DNA of 64,000 nt from Vitrella brassicaformis CCMP3155. Lineage: Eukaryota; Protista; Chromerida. The stretch is taken from positions 62,001 to 126,000 of the forward strand of contig CDMY01000257.1 in NCBI GenBank assembly GCA_001179505.1, read 5' to 3'. Shown here one piece after another: positions 1 through 12,303 of the stretch. The stretch's first letter is position 1. The number at the start of each line of letters is the position of its first letter. A program made the translations under genes and the position numbers. A model generated the notes under the pieces. That model did no database searches. It had not been told where the DNA came from and was given only the letters and a program-made list of their open reading frames with translations.

Positions 1-3000
1 GGATCCAGCGATTACGGCCTGATGGCTGTCTCGTCATTTGAGCCCATCTTACGTCAGGAAAGCGTCGTCCGGCTTGAGGAAATCTTCATCGGCCCTCAAG
101 ACAAATGGCCTTCTGGCCAGGCATTGAATCTGCACGCCTGACAACAGACAGGTGGTGACCTTGCCTGTGAGTACTTGATGCAATACTGTTTGTCGTACCT
201 TCTTTCGGAATGTCGCAGACTTCTCTCAAGTGACCGCTTACTCTCGACTGGAAATCTATGCCGCCGCGGCCTTGCCTCGTATACATACGAAACCAACTGT
301 CGACGAATGTGGTGTTGTCCTCGGAATCCGCATTGTCAACCGACAGTAAGGGAAAGCTGAATAGTGACGCGTTAACGAATTCTCCATCCTCCAACTTGAC
401 AAGTGCCGTTCCATTCTTCCGGTAGGTCAGTGTCTTTGGGGGCAGCAAGCAGCTCTCAGCAGAGGTATTGCTGGGAGGAGAAATAATGCTGTACTGCATG
501 GTGCCGACAGGGGCACTTGACGTGAAGATCTGCACAAAGCAGTCAGCAGACATGCCCTCATTGATGCAGTGATGAGTGCGTAGCCGCATTACCAGTTCAG
601 GCGTGATTGACTTCGTGTCGTTGGTTCCAGCTCGGTTGAAGAAGTCTCTGATGGTGGGGAGATACGACGTAAGAGCCGGATAACTACCCTCTTCTCCCTG
701 AGGCTCAAAACTCAAGCCGCCGGCAAGAGTGCCTATATGATTGAGAGACACAAGCCGAGCACACAAAAGCGTACACGTACTCCTCTGAATGCGTCAAAGC
801 GTACCTTCAACGAACATCAGAGTGCCTTCGCACTCTTCGGGCGACACCTGGCGCACCGTCCCCTTGAAGTCAACATTGGCGAAGCCAACCTGTGGCTGGT
901 CATCATCCCCTGGGGCTCTCAGTGCGATCCGTCCATCCAGAGCCTCGACATCATATCTGATCCGCACTTGCAAGTCGGCGTCGTCTCCCTCGCAGCTGAA
1001 GGCTTGTACGAAGGCCTCTGTCCCACTGCCCCTTTCCCCCCGAGCCCGGAATATCCAAAGACAAGCGGTACTGTTAGGGTCCACTCCTGTGTCATTGACA
1101 TCTTCCGCGGGAAGGTCGGCAGCGGTACTGTCAGGGTCCACTCTTGGTTTGAAGTCGGTCATGCGGTAGCTTGATGGCTGGGCTGTACTGGAGGCATTCA
1201 GGACAATCTCAGGACATGCCTCGACTGACACAAGCAAAAGATATGACGAAGCAACAACAGAAAGCGACAGCAAGTCAGCTGTGAGTCATTCTGATTGCTT
1301 ACAGCATTCAAACCCAATCACACAGCGATTAGGCAGGACATCCCCGTCTCCCATGGCAAAATCGCTGAACCTCTCGGTGCAGTTGTTGATCGTTGGATCC
1401 TCACGTGTCGAGAACATCTCGACCGAAGCGTTGATCCGCTGCTCAGAGCCTCTCGTTATCCCCTTGCAAGTATGATTTCCATCGGGAAAGACGAAAACAC
1501 ACGTGTCAGCTCCAAGGAGTCCTTCGTTGGGCGCAAGAGCAACACTCACAACCTCGCCAGTTAAGCTGGGATCAACGAGGGCTTGAGCAGATAGGCCGTC
1601 ATCGCCAGGTTCAAAGTCGACGGGAAGGTTTGGGAGCCTTAATCCTCGGCAATTGGCCAAGACTGCAGACACACGCATCAACGGCAGGACAGTCAACCGT
1701 CTTTGCGTCTCAGCCAAGAGACAAGAAGAGAGAAACATGCTTGTCACGCGCCTAGCTGGTGTCATTGCCATGTACCTTCTCTTCCATCGATCAGATTTCC
1801 CAGCTGGCCCTTCACACAGCGGCAGCACACAGACAGACATATGTGTGGCTGCTTCTTGAGAATGAACGGAGTACCTTCAGAATCAGGTCAAGTGACACGC
1901 CCGTCTCCGCGCTGAAGAGGTCGAACGATCGAGGCCCCTTTGTATCGGACACATTTGAACATAGCACAGACTTATTTCCCACAGGGAACTTGACGTCTAA
2001 GTCCAAATCGTCCAAACACGACACGTCGTCATCCGTGATGACAAAGAATCTGTCTCCGATTGCGGCGCTGCTGAAAGACAGGTCTGGCGACTGCTCCGGC
2101 TTGTACAGGGGGGAGAAGATGGTCGGCAGGACCTCTCCTAGAAGGGCACGGCTGAAATCCTCGCGAAGAATTACAGATGTTCCAGCTTGTTCTGGACGGA
2201 CCTCAGTCACGCTGTCCTCACTCATATCGGCCGCACTCACACATATCTCACTGCACTCCCGAAATGCATCTTGATTGTCGAAAGCGAACTGACTGGCCTC
2301 CAGGGGGTTCTGACGATGTGAAGGGAAGCGAGACATATACGTGCATATGAGGTCCCCCTATCTACCAGTGCCGTACCTTTCGGATAATTTCGCCAGACGT
2401 CGTGTCCCTTCCATATCCTGAGGCAGCCAGTGCAAGGATGCCGCCCGCCTCGGTCTCGCCAGATGTCACTGAGAACGCTCGCTGGTTGAGCAGGACATCA
2501 CATTCATCAGGCACATCATCGGGGAATGTCAGGAGGCCGAGACTCGTGTTGGCTGAGGGCGAGAGAATGCCGATCGCCCGTGCAGTGACAAGATCGTCCT
2601 GTGTCTCGTTGCCGATGATGAGAATCCGCTGGGTCTGGTTGTACTCGAATTGCTGAGCGATGAGAGACTCCGACTCGTCCACGAAACCCGTCAAGGTGAC
2701 CTCGATCTGCGCCTCGATTCCCTCGCACACCGGGTTGCTGGCGTTCTCGACGACCAGCACGCCCTGAACTGTGGCAACTGCAGGCTGGAGGGCATTGCCG
2801 GCTCGATTGGAGCAGAGGCCGGTGTCGGGGCAGGTGAACTGGAGGGTGACGCTAACGCCCTCTGTCGTGTTGCACGACAGGTCCACAAAGAAGTCACCAA
2901 GTCCATTATCATCGTCACTCTTGCCCTGGATCCTCATGCAGCTCGACACGTTGGCGCCGGTGTTGTTGACTGTCGGCAGATAGGCGTCAGAGCTCACGTC

Positions 3001-3917
3001 TTCGAACAAATAAGTGCCGGGCACCAACTGAGCGAACGTCGCCTCTTGCGGAACAGGGGGCTCTTCGTTTGGCTTGACGCTCTGCTCTCGTGGGTTGGGC
3101 CCAATGTCTTCCCTTCTCTCGACGACGGGCAGGCTGCCCGCACAGTCAAAGGGCACGGCGAAGCGGTTGACGGCATTGAAGCACGGATCCAGCTCGGCCG
3201 GGAAACACAGAGACGATGGCTGGCCGCTGGCGACGCCCCTCGTTAAGCTGACATCGCCGCGCGAGAAGTTGGCCACGTCGCCGAACAGACCCACTTCCTC
3301 CTCGATGCAGTAGCAGAAGCGGGAGTCGCTCGTGCGGGCACAGATGGGCTTGTCCGACGGGCAACTGACAGACAGGCGCACGAAATTACGGTGCCATACT
3401 CATTGAGCAGTTCCTACCTTCCCAGTGCCGCAGTGCCCAGATCGGTGATGTTTGTGCCATTGACGCCGCTCGGCTCGCCACAGATAATGGACTGGTTGCC
3501 GCTGGTCGCAGTGACATTGCCGAAAGTATCCGAGTCCTCATTGTTCAGCGCATCTGTCTGTTGCTCCTTGAGTAGTCTTCTTGTGGTATTCTCATAGAAG
3601 CACTGGCCGAAGTTGCCCAGAGTGATGTTGTCGACGATGGGCAGCAGCGCATTGGCCTCGCACGCCGCGGCGATCTCACCGCGCGGGAGGACGGCTGAAG
3701 AAGCGAAAGGCATTCATATCCACTTGTTGTTCACGTGCCCTCTGTTGTGCTTACCCGGCTGGCAGTCTGCGTTTGTTTCGGTCGGCTGTCCGTCGTCGTC
3801 TGTTCTTGTGTTGTTGGTCAGACAGGCCGTCGTGAACTGAGCTACAGCACCCTTCCTCTCCCATTGGCTCAGCAGAACGGACAGCACCGCAGCCACAAGC
3901 CAAAAGGCTCTCCGCAT
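1..3917 (-). CDS. Large secreted acidic Cys-containing glycoprotein, copy A (multi-exon; 3' end probably runs off the window start)
   Basis: ATG at 3917 gives a signal-like leader MRRAFWLVAAVLSVLLSQWERKGAVA|QFTT. In-phase GT-AG introns checked at 3754-3695, 3417-3365 and 2376-2310 join ORF-track segments 3414-3713, 2362-3381 and 1812-2336. Further exons lie in 1286-1840, 794-1273 and 86-766, then GVQIQCLARRPFVLRADEDFLKPDDAFL with a GTAAG donor near 51, conserved in copy B. Many N-x-S/T sequons. About 1,100 aa in the window. No family recognised. Confidence 0.85.
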
Positions 3918-3981
3918 AAAATCGTGATCACAAGAATTTACTTCAGCCGTTGCCACACTGTACAATGCAAAGGAAACAAGA
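3918..3981. promoter_or_regulatory. Very short divergent intergenic region shared by large gene A and peptide A, with conserved motifs
   Basis: CAAGAATTTAC, CAGCCGTTG and CTGTACAAT occur in the same order in 9662-9724. The first two also occur upstream of copy C (12261-12303). Confidence 0.55.
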
Positions 3982-4361
3982 ATGAGGCTCTTCCTTTTTC
4001 TCTTCGTTTCCTCCGTCCTTCGGGCAGCTGGAGAGATGAGTGGTCTGCCGCAGACGCGTCGGGAGGGCGCGCCGGACCGTCGTTCAATCTTGGTTTCGTC
4101 TGCACAGGAGAGCTCCGGAGGACGTGCTGCTGAAGACGCCGCCCACCACGGCGCCCTTCTCGGCCAAGATGGTGGGCAGAGTACAACACCTACCATATTG
4201 CAACCCGACGATTGCGTGCATCAGATACCCTCCCTTCTCGTCGCCTGCAATTCGATGATGAGCCCAGGCCGATGCAGTTTCAAGGCATCTGCTGCACCGA
4301 TTGTATTCCTCTATACGGCACAAGTGCTTGTTACGACGGTAACTGTATTGAAAGTTGCTGA
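3982..4361 (+). CDS. Small secreted six-cysteine peptide precursor, copy A (108 aa; exons 3982-4171, 4225-4361)
   Basis: MRLFLFLFVSSVLRAAG leader. A phase-1 intron (4172-4224, GT...CATCAG) gives ...LGQD-DTLPSRRLQFDDEPRPMQFQGICCTDCIPLYGTSACYDGNCIESC*. Intron position, phase and Cys framework match the copies at 9725 and 12304. Confidence 0.85.
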
Positions 4362-5452
4362 GGACAAGAGAGCCAGGCACGCCTTTAGGTCAGTTTCAGT
4401 GACCCGCGTTGCGGAAAGATTCGCGTGTAGCATGATTAGTGTGTGACCAATGTGTACAGCAGTCTCTATGGCTTATTGCACCACATTTTTCCTGGTGCTT
4501 TGTCATTGGGAAACCTTTTGTCATTGGGAAACTTTTTGTTGTGACTGACTGGGTGGGACGAACGGACGGGAAGGGACCTTGCAAAATACTGAGCAGATTC
4601 GGTGTGACGCTGTGGCCCTCATCCAGCAGTATAGTTACTAGCACTGCTGCTGGTTTTGTGGACCGTGCTCCGTGAGCCGTCACTTTCTTCAGTGGATGAC
4701 TTTCTCTAGTGTCCATGGGGCGAGACAATAACATGAGGGGTTGGAGGGCATCTCACGTCCCTTGTCGCGGACATGCAAAGATCTACATGTTCGTGCATGC
4801 ATCAATTCGTGGAAGCAATGGGTGGCCCCCATGTACAGACAAGAAAGATATGAGTGACAGGGGCCATTCATGTGGACACGCAAAGTGGGACAGACATGCA
4901 CCGCGGCTGTGAATGTGACAGCGCTGCAGACTTGGTTACATGATGCGTCCATGGCTGGATGATTTCAAATGCCAACACCGCAATAAGTCCAACCACCCTT
5001 GATTGACACATCCATGCACACAACGAGACGAAATGCGTCCCAGCCAACACATGCACGCACACGACGAGACTGCGGTCTCCAACGCACACCGACACATTGA
5101 ATGGCGTGTCAAACACGCCCACACAATCTGATGTACAGTCGGTGGACACGCAGACTGACAAATACGCCACTGTGGTGCACCTATGCAGTGCCCATGGCAG
5201 ACAAAGAGACAGTCATCAACTGCACACACTCACACACACAGGGAGAAAGAAAATGACGCCGTCAGAGGAATCACCACAATGTGTCTCTTCCACTTGCGTA
5301 CCTTCCAACAGGCGACAGGCGCGTATGTCTTCAGCCATACGTATCGCAGATAATGCGATCACAGAAAATAAGAAAAATCCCTCCATTGACGAGAGAAAAA
5401 ATGGGGACATGACTGTCGAATGTGGTCTTGCCCACTTCCCCTTTCGTCACTT

Positions 5453-8400
5453 TCACGATGATATCTCGCCGTCTTCCGTCTGCCCAGCAGGCGTCGGTCT
5501 CTGTCGCTCACCCGGGATAAAACAGAGGGTCAGAACAGGGCATAGCTGCTCAAGTCTGTGGGTCTTGCCATCGTCGGTGGGGGCCTCGACAAAGAGGGGA
5601 ATCGTCCGCACAATAAAGCCCCTAGGCCTGTCAAAAGCCTCTACTTTGCGCTCGACATCAGCAAGCGAGCAGCTGAGATTGAACCCGTCTGGCGACTGGA
5701 GCCGCAAAGCGGGATCAACGCCGTTTGGTGTCTGCACTTGGGCGACAGAGCTTGATGGACGGAGACACATACGGAACGGGAGCACACGGCAAAAGGACAG
5801 TGCTGATGTTCTCGCCATTTATGCGATATCTTACCTCAATTGGAAATCGTCGTCCGGCTTGAGGACAGTTTGATTGGCCTCCAGGACAAATGGCTGTCGG
5901 GGGAGACATTGGATCTGCATGCCTGATCGACCGAAAGGCACCCTTGCGTGTGAGCACGTAACGGATTACAACGTGTCGTACCTTTCTCAATATCACATAC
6001 TTCGCCCAACTTGCCACCTATTCTCGACCAAAAGTCTCCGCCGCGGCCTCGCCTCCCCGCAAACATTCGAACCTCGCTGTTGACAAGCATGGTGTCGTCC
6101 TCGGGTCCCGAATTGCCAATCGACAGAAAGGGAATGTTGAATGAAGCATCATTGGTTTCATCCTCCGGAGGTCCATACTTCCGGTGGGTCAGTCTCGCTG
6201 GGGGCTGCAAGCAGCTCTGAGGGGTATCGTCAGGGGCAGAAACAACGTCGTACTGCATAGAGCCGAACGAGGCACTTGACGTCCAGACCTGCATAAAACA
6301 GTCACTAGACATGCCCTCCTTGCTAATGTATACGTGTGGCAGTATTACTAGTTCAGGCAGGATCGTGTCATCGACTCCAGCTTCGAAAACGTCCCTAATC
6401 GTGAGGAGATACGTCCGACTCGAAACCGGACCAAGGGGCTCTTCTCCCTGAGGCTCAAAACCCAAGACGCCAGCAAGAGTGCCTGTGTGAAGCGACACAA
6501 GCCGGACACAGAGAGGCGTACACGTACTTCTCTGAATGCGTCAAAGCGTACCTTCAACGAACATCAAAACCCCTTCGCAGTCTGGGGGCCAAACCTGGCG
6601 CACCGTCCCCTTAAAGTCAACATTGGCGAAGCCAATTTCGGGCTCCTCGTCAAGGCGTCCATCGAGAGAGAGCGGGATCTGTCCATCCAGAGCCTCGACG
6701 TCGTATCTGATCCGCACTTGCAGGCCAGCCCCTTCCTCGTCCGGGTCGCAGCTGAAAAGGGCCCGAAAGTCCTCTGCACCTGGAGTGTTTTCTGTCTCGA
6801 GGCAGTAACTGACATCTGTGCCATTGACATTTTCCGCAGGAGGGTCAGTCAGGAAATAGCTCGATGGCTGGGCGGTCAATGGGGCGGTTAAGTTGACCTC
6901 AGGACATGCCTCAACTGACACAAAGCAAGAGAGACGAGGAAGCACGAACATGATGACACACCCAACGCGCCAGTGACTGAGCTGTGACTTATTCTGATTG
7001 CTTACAGCATTCAAAGCCAATCACACAGCGATTAGGCAGAAAATCCCCGTCCCCCATGGCAAAATCTCTGAGCCTCTCCCTGTACCTCTCGGTGCAGCTC
7101 TTGTTTGTTGGATCATTAGCAGTCGAGAAGATCTCGACAGAAGCGTTGATCCGCTGCTCAGAGCCTGTCGTTATCCCCTTGCAAGTATGATTTCCATCGG
7201 GAACGATGAAAACACACGTGTCATCACCAAGGAGTCCTTCGTTGGGAGCAAGAGCAACACTAACAACCTCGCCAAATGAGGTGGCATTAACGAGGGGTCG
7301 AGCATATAGGCCGTCATCTTCAGGTTCTAAGTCGACGGGGAGGTTTGGGAGCCTCAGTCCTCGGCAATTGGCCAAGACTGCAAACACACGCATCAATTGC
7401 AAAACGACCAGCCATCTCCATCTTCACCCCTCAGCCAAGAGAACTCAAGAAAGAAACACACATGCTTGTCACGCCACTGAGCGACTGCCTGGTGCCCGTA
7501 CCTTCTCTTCCATCGATCAGATTTCCCAGCTGGCCCTTCACACAGCGGCAGCACACAGACAGACACGTGTGTGTGGTGTGGCTCGAGAATGACTGAAGTA
7601 CCTTCAGAATCAAATCAAGCGACACGCCTGTCTCCGCGTTGAAGAGGTCGAACGATCGAGCATCAGACGCATTTGTACACAGAATGGACACACGGACTTG
7701 AGGGAACCTGACGGGCAAGTCTAACTCGTCCAAACACGAAAAGTCGTTTTCCGTGATGACAAAGAATCTGTCTCCGATTGCGGCGCTGCTGAAGGATAGG
7801 TCTGGCGACAGAGATTCTGGCTTGTAAAGGGGGGAGAAGATGGTCGGCAGGAGCTCTCCTTCGAGGGTACGGCTGAAATCCTCGCGAAGAATAAAAAATG
7901 ACGGAGCTTGTTCTGAACGGACGCCAGTAACATTGTCGTCACTCATATTCATCTCGTTCACACATATCTCACTGCACTCCCGGAATGCATCTCGATTATC
8001 GATAGCGAACTGACTGGCCTCCAGGGGGTTCTGACGATGTGAAGGGAAGCGAGACATACACGTGTATATGAGCTTCCCTTATCTAACAGTGCACTGACCT
8101 TTCGGAAAATTTCGTCAGATGCCGTGTTTCTTGCATATCCTGAGGCAGCCAGTGCAAGGATGCCGCCCGCCGCGGTCTCGCCAGATGTCACTGAGAACGC
8201 TCGCTGGTTGAGCAGGACATCACAATCACCAGGCACGTCATCGGGGAATGTCAGGAGGCCGAGACTCGTGTTGGCCGCGGGCGAGAGAATGCCGACAGCC
8301 CGTGCAGTGACAAGATCGTCCTGTGTCTCGTTGCCGATGATGAGAATCCGCTGGGTCTGGTTGTACTCGAACTGCTGGGCAATAAGAGACTCCGATTCGT

Positions 8401-9661
8401 CCACAAAGCCCGTCAAGGTGACTTCGATCTGCGCCTCAATTTCTTCGCATGCCGGGTTGCTGGCCTTCTCGACTTGCAGCACGCCTTGGATGGTGGCGAC
8501 GGCCGGTATCAGTTCGTTGCCAGTGCGATTCGAGCACAGGCCGGTATCGGGGCAGGTGAACTGGAGGGTCACGCTGACGCCCTCTGTCGTGTTGCACGAG
8601 AGGTCTAGGAAGAAGTCATCGAGCCCATTGCTGTCGTTCTTCTTGCCCTGAATCCTCATGCAGCTCGACACATTGCCAGTGCCCACGTTCTCGATGGTCT
8701 GCAAATAGGCGTCAGAGGGCACGTCTTCGAACAGGTAAGTGCCGGGCACCAGCTGGGCGAACGTCGATTCTTGCGGCACGGGAGGCGGGTCGTTTGGCTT
8801 GACGCTCTGCTCTCGTGGGTTGGGCCCAATGTCTTCCCTTCTCTCGACGACGGGCAGGCTGCCCGCACAGTCGAAGGGCACAGCGAAGCGGTTGACGGCA
8901 TTGAAGCACGGATCCAGCTCGGCCGGGAAACACAGGGACGATGGCTGGCCGCTGGCGACGCCCCTGACGAGGCTGACATCGCCGCGCGAGAAGTTGGCCA
9001 CCTCACCGAACAGACCAATGCTCTCCTCGATGCAGTAGCAGAAGCGGGAGTCGCTCGTGCGGGCACAGATGGGCTTGTCCGACGGACAACTGACAGTCAG
9101 GCACACACGGAAGAATGATGGTGCCATCACATGAGACGAGCAGTCCGTACCTTCCCAGTGCCGCAGTGCCGAGGGCCGCCGCCGTGATGTTGCCATCTTC
9201 CACGACACTGGGCTCTCCACAGATAATGGACTGATTCTCTCCTGATGCGCTCACGTCGCCGGCGGTCTCCTCATCGGTGGTCAGGGCATCTGTCTGTTGC
9301 TTCTTGAGCTCTTCCTGGGCGTTATCCTCATAGAAGCACTGGCCGAAGTTGCCGAGGTCGGGGTCGTCGACGATGGGCAGCAGCTCATTGGCCGCACAAC
9401 TCGAATACATGATCTCATCACCATCTTCGCCAGGGATCACGACTGAAGAAGCGAAAGCCATTCACAACAGCTTGTTGTTCACGTGCCTCTGTTGTGCTTA
9501 CTTGGCTGGCAGTCTGCGTTTGTTTCGGTCGGCCGTTCGTCGTCGTCTGTTCTGTTGTTGTTGCTCAGACAGGCCGTCGTGAACTGAGCCACAGTACCCC
9601 TCCTCGCCCATTGACTCAGCAGAACGGAAAGCAACGCCACAAGACGGAGGGCTCGCCGCAT
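5453..9661 (-). CDS. Large secreted acidic Cys-containing glycoprotein, copy B (tandem paralog of copy A; exact 3' end uncertain, could extend to about 4.9-5.3 kb)
   Basis: ATG at 9661: MRRALRLVALLSVLLSQWARRGTVA|QFTT. Exon-by-exon collinear with copy A (ORF-track segments 9003-9461, 7958-9220, 7431-8057, 6989-7402, 6541-7020, 5836-6498). A GTAAG donor near 5833 splices in phase into SSVAQVQTPNGVDPALRLQSPDGFNLSC... (5453-5818). Confidence 0.85.
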
Positions 9662-9724
9662 ACGAAAAAGCGCAACGCCCAAGAATTTACGTACATCACA
9701 GCCGTTGAGCTGTACAATAGCAAG
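9662..9724. promoter_or_regulatory. Very short divergent intergenic region shared by large gene B and peptide B
   Basis: 63 bp between the two ATGs, with the same conserved motif trio as 3918-3981. Confidence 0.55.
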
Positions 9725-10245
9725 ATGAGGCTGTTGGTCGTCTGCTTCGCTCTGTCCGCGCTCCGTGCGCGTTCCGGGTTGAATGCCCCATCACGTCAGG
9801 ACCCCCCGGCCCCCCCTCCGTCCGCGGCGGCGTCAGTGCAGGAAACCGCAGCAGTGCATCCGTTCACCGACGAGACCGACCGCGGTCGAGGCGCCACCGG
9901 TCAAAATGGTGAGCAGAGAACGACACAGAACCGGCACTGCTTCTGTGGACGTCTGGGTGCATGATGCGTCGTACAGATCGCCCTTTTCTCCGTCGTACGC
10001 AGTCCGACTCCGACAAGAAGGCCAAGCCAGAGCAGGATTATGACGAGGTCTGCTGCGATGATTGTGTGTATTACGCCCGAGTCAGTTTATGCGAATTGTA
10101 CTGCGATGATGACTTTTGCTGATGACGAGACATCCGCCTTCAGGCCAGGTTGTAGTGCCGCGTTGCGCAGAGATGTATGTACAGCCGTCTCTGTGACCTC
10201 CTGTGCTTCGTCACTGGTGAACTTTTTGTGTCGTGACTGACTGGG
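9676..10245 (+). repeat. Recent segmental duplication; partner at about 12261-12800
   Basis: Shared sequence starts at CGCCCAAGAATTTACGTACATCACAGCCGTTGAGCTGT (9676 and 12261). Near-identical through exon 1 and the intron. Homologous with indels in the 3' flank (e.g. CTTCAGGCCAGGTTGTAGTGCCGCGTT in both). Confidence 0.95.
9725..10122 (+). CDS. Small secreted six-cysteine peptide precursor, copy B (109 aa; exons 9725-9908, 9977-10122)
   Basis: MRLLVVCFALSALRA leader. Phase-1 intron 9909-9976 (GTGAGC...GTACAG). Spliced C-terminus: DRPFLRRTQSDSDKKAKPEQDYDEVCCDDCVYYARVSLCELYCDDDFC*. Confidence 0.88.
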
Positions 10246-10742
10246 GCACACACACACGGGCAGCGACATTGTCTCACCCATGACTGTCTCACCCATGAAC
10301 ACGCAGCTTGTTTCGCCGAAAGCACGCATTAATCTCTACTAGACATCTACTTATGGACAGCGCAGTGGAGAAAGACGTGTATAGGTCGTCGACGTCAAGT
10401 GTGGGCACACAGTGACAACTGCCGTGCACCGCGTGACCCCTCACTAATGCGTCAATCAACGGATGCCGTCGGTCAGCCGACGAAGACACGCTCTCGAGCG
10501 TGTCGATGTGCTGCTTGCTTATGTGACAATCAAATCGCACACACAACAGCCAACGGACACGCAGAAATGCAAGCGCTCGCCGTCGGCGTGCTGTTCTGTA
10601 TACTCACACATGGGGCAATCCACCAGAGGGGTGTTCCACTGTCCGAAGCACGTGTCGCAAAAGGCTGACATCGACACAACAACACGACATACACGGACGC
10701 AGAAACAGACAAGTGGTCGACACGTGGTGGTGGCTGACCCAC

Positions 10743-12197
10743 CTAAGTGTTTGCAGAAGGAGTTGGGTTGGCTGCCCGACAGTCCATCGTCTGACGAGCG
10801 TGTGGCCCTATGTTTGCTGGCTGGCTCCGTCTCCCCTTAGCGGCCAGACCATCGATGATCGCCTCACGCCGCGCTACCTGAGAGACACACCACCGACAGA
10901 CCCGTCCAGCGGTGCAGACACGCCATCACTCGACCACTGTGTGCGCGTGCGCGTCCGCACCTCCGCCTGCAGTCGACTCTTGTCCTCGGCGAGGCGGCTG
11001 CTCTCCCCCGTGGCCTCCCTCACCTCTTCCACGAGCTTCTCATTCATCCCCCTCTCCCTCTCTACGTCGCTCTCCAGCTCCTTCACCCGCCCAATCAGCA
11101 TGTCGGTCGCCCTCACCCGAAGGGTCTCGTACACACGGGCAGTCTTGTGCGTTGTCTTGTCTTGTCTTGTCCTGTCTTATCTTGTCCTGTGCTGTTTTGT
11201 CGGTCGGGGGTGGCTCACGGGTCAGGGTGGTTGGCTTTGAGTTCCTTGATCTGCTCTTCAGCGTCTACCAGGCGCTTCTCGGCGCCATGCTTCTCCTCCA
11301 AACACCTGAACCAAGCATAGCACATGGATAGACAGAAATGTGCCCAGACACACGCAGGCGAGCGCACCTGTTGTATTTGTCGTTGATGTCGGTCGCGTAT
11401 TGCATCAGCCGCTCACTATCCCGGATCTGCTGCTTCAGCTGCGACTGGCTCGTCGCGCAGTAGCCAGACAAATCGCCACAATTCCATACAGACAGCACAC
11501 AGCACAACAGATGCCGACAAGTCACGAGCTGGTGCCTGTGTGGGGTGAGGGAGGTAGCTGTCGATTCGGTCTTTGAGCTCCTGTATCTCCCTCTGCTTCT
11601 CGCGCAGCTTCCGGCTCAGCTGCAGGTTCTCGTCCCTCAGCTCGACATGCTCCATCAGGTTGCGACTGTCCTCCGTGCGCATAGGTACTAGTAGGGGGTA
11701 AGGAATGGGCTCACTGAACACACACAAACATCACACAAGGCATACACACGCCACCCAGCCCATCGCGTTTTGCCGTGTTTGTTACCTGACAGCGGCCTCT
11801 TCCATCGAGCTATCGCCAGACAGGTTATCCAACAGCAGACTGCTACCGCGCCCCACCGCCACGTCACCGCTACCGTCACACCCGTTCTCGCCCTCCCGCC
11901 CCTGCTCCTCCCACCTTGCCTCTCCCTCCTCTCTCCCTGCGCTTCTCTTCCTCCATACTCGCTATTCGTCTCGTCCTGTGCCGCCACAGACGCCTCTTCC
12001 TGCTCGCGCGAGCTGCTGCTGCTGCCGTTGAGCAGCGCCTCACGCAGCGAGAGGGACTGTGCAGCAGGTGGGATCCCATTGTTGCAGCCTTCTTGTTCTC
12101 TGATTGAGCCGAAACAGGCTCCCAGCCGCCCCGCACCCGAAGGGGGCGTCTCACGGTCGTTGGCCGAGGCCGGCATGCTGCTGCTGGAAAGCCGCAA
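10743..12197 (-). CDS. Multi-exon coiled-coil protein of unknown function
   Basis: Exons encode heptad-rich E/K/R/L segments: NLMEHVELRDENLQLSRKLREKQREIQELKDRID, SQSQLKQQIRDSERLMQY, LEEKHGAEKRLVDAEEQIKELK, LIGRVKELESDVERERGMNEKLVEEVRE, RLQAE|VARREAIIDGL. They are separated by GT-AG introns. Start is 12197 or 12176. Confidence 0.7.
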
Positions 12198-12303
12198 CCG
12201 GTTTCGGGCAAGCAGGAGACAAGCAAAAGTGCTTCAATGAACAAGAGAGCTCCTCGGTGCCGCCCAAGAATTTACGTACATCACAGCCGTTGAGCTGTGC
12301 AAG

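Noticed and set aside
86-200. ORF-track C-terminus ...QKAICLEGR* of the large protein A
   Set aside because: It reads through an intron. The spliced frame (GVQIQCLARRPF...) is conserved in copy B and ends at a shared GTAAG donor, so the gene continues.
2650-3246. Long antisense or alternate-frame ORFs (e.g. 2650-3246 +, 5097-5873 +, 21816-22517 -, 30340-30999 -, 37679-38458 +, 51966-52913 +)
   Set aside because: They are shadows of real coding exons in GC-rich DNA, with no independent motifs or splice structure.
3982-4446. 154-aa unspliced ORF and the 79-aa ...RHCFCGRLGA* versions at 9725 and 12304
   Set aside because: These are intron read-through products with unrelated tails. The spliced forms give a shared Cys framework in all three copies.
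4500-4538. Short tandem duplications in peptide 3' flanks (18-bp unit near 4501, 15-bp unit near 10270) and at 15179-15252
   Set aside because: Two-copy slippage-type duplications with unrelated sequences. No evidence of function.
10120-10125. TGC-TGA(-TGA) ends of peptides A and B as possible selenocysteine
   Set aside because: The six-Cys framework is already complete, copy C has CGA-TGA here, and no SECIS-like element was identified. These are ordinary stops.
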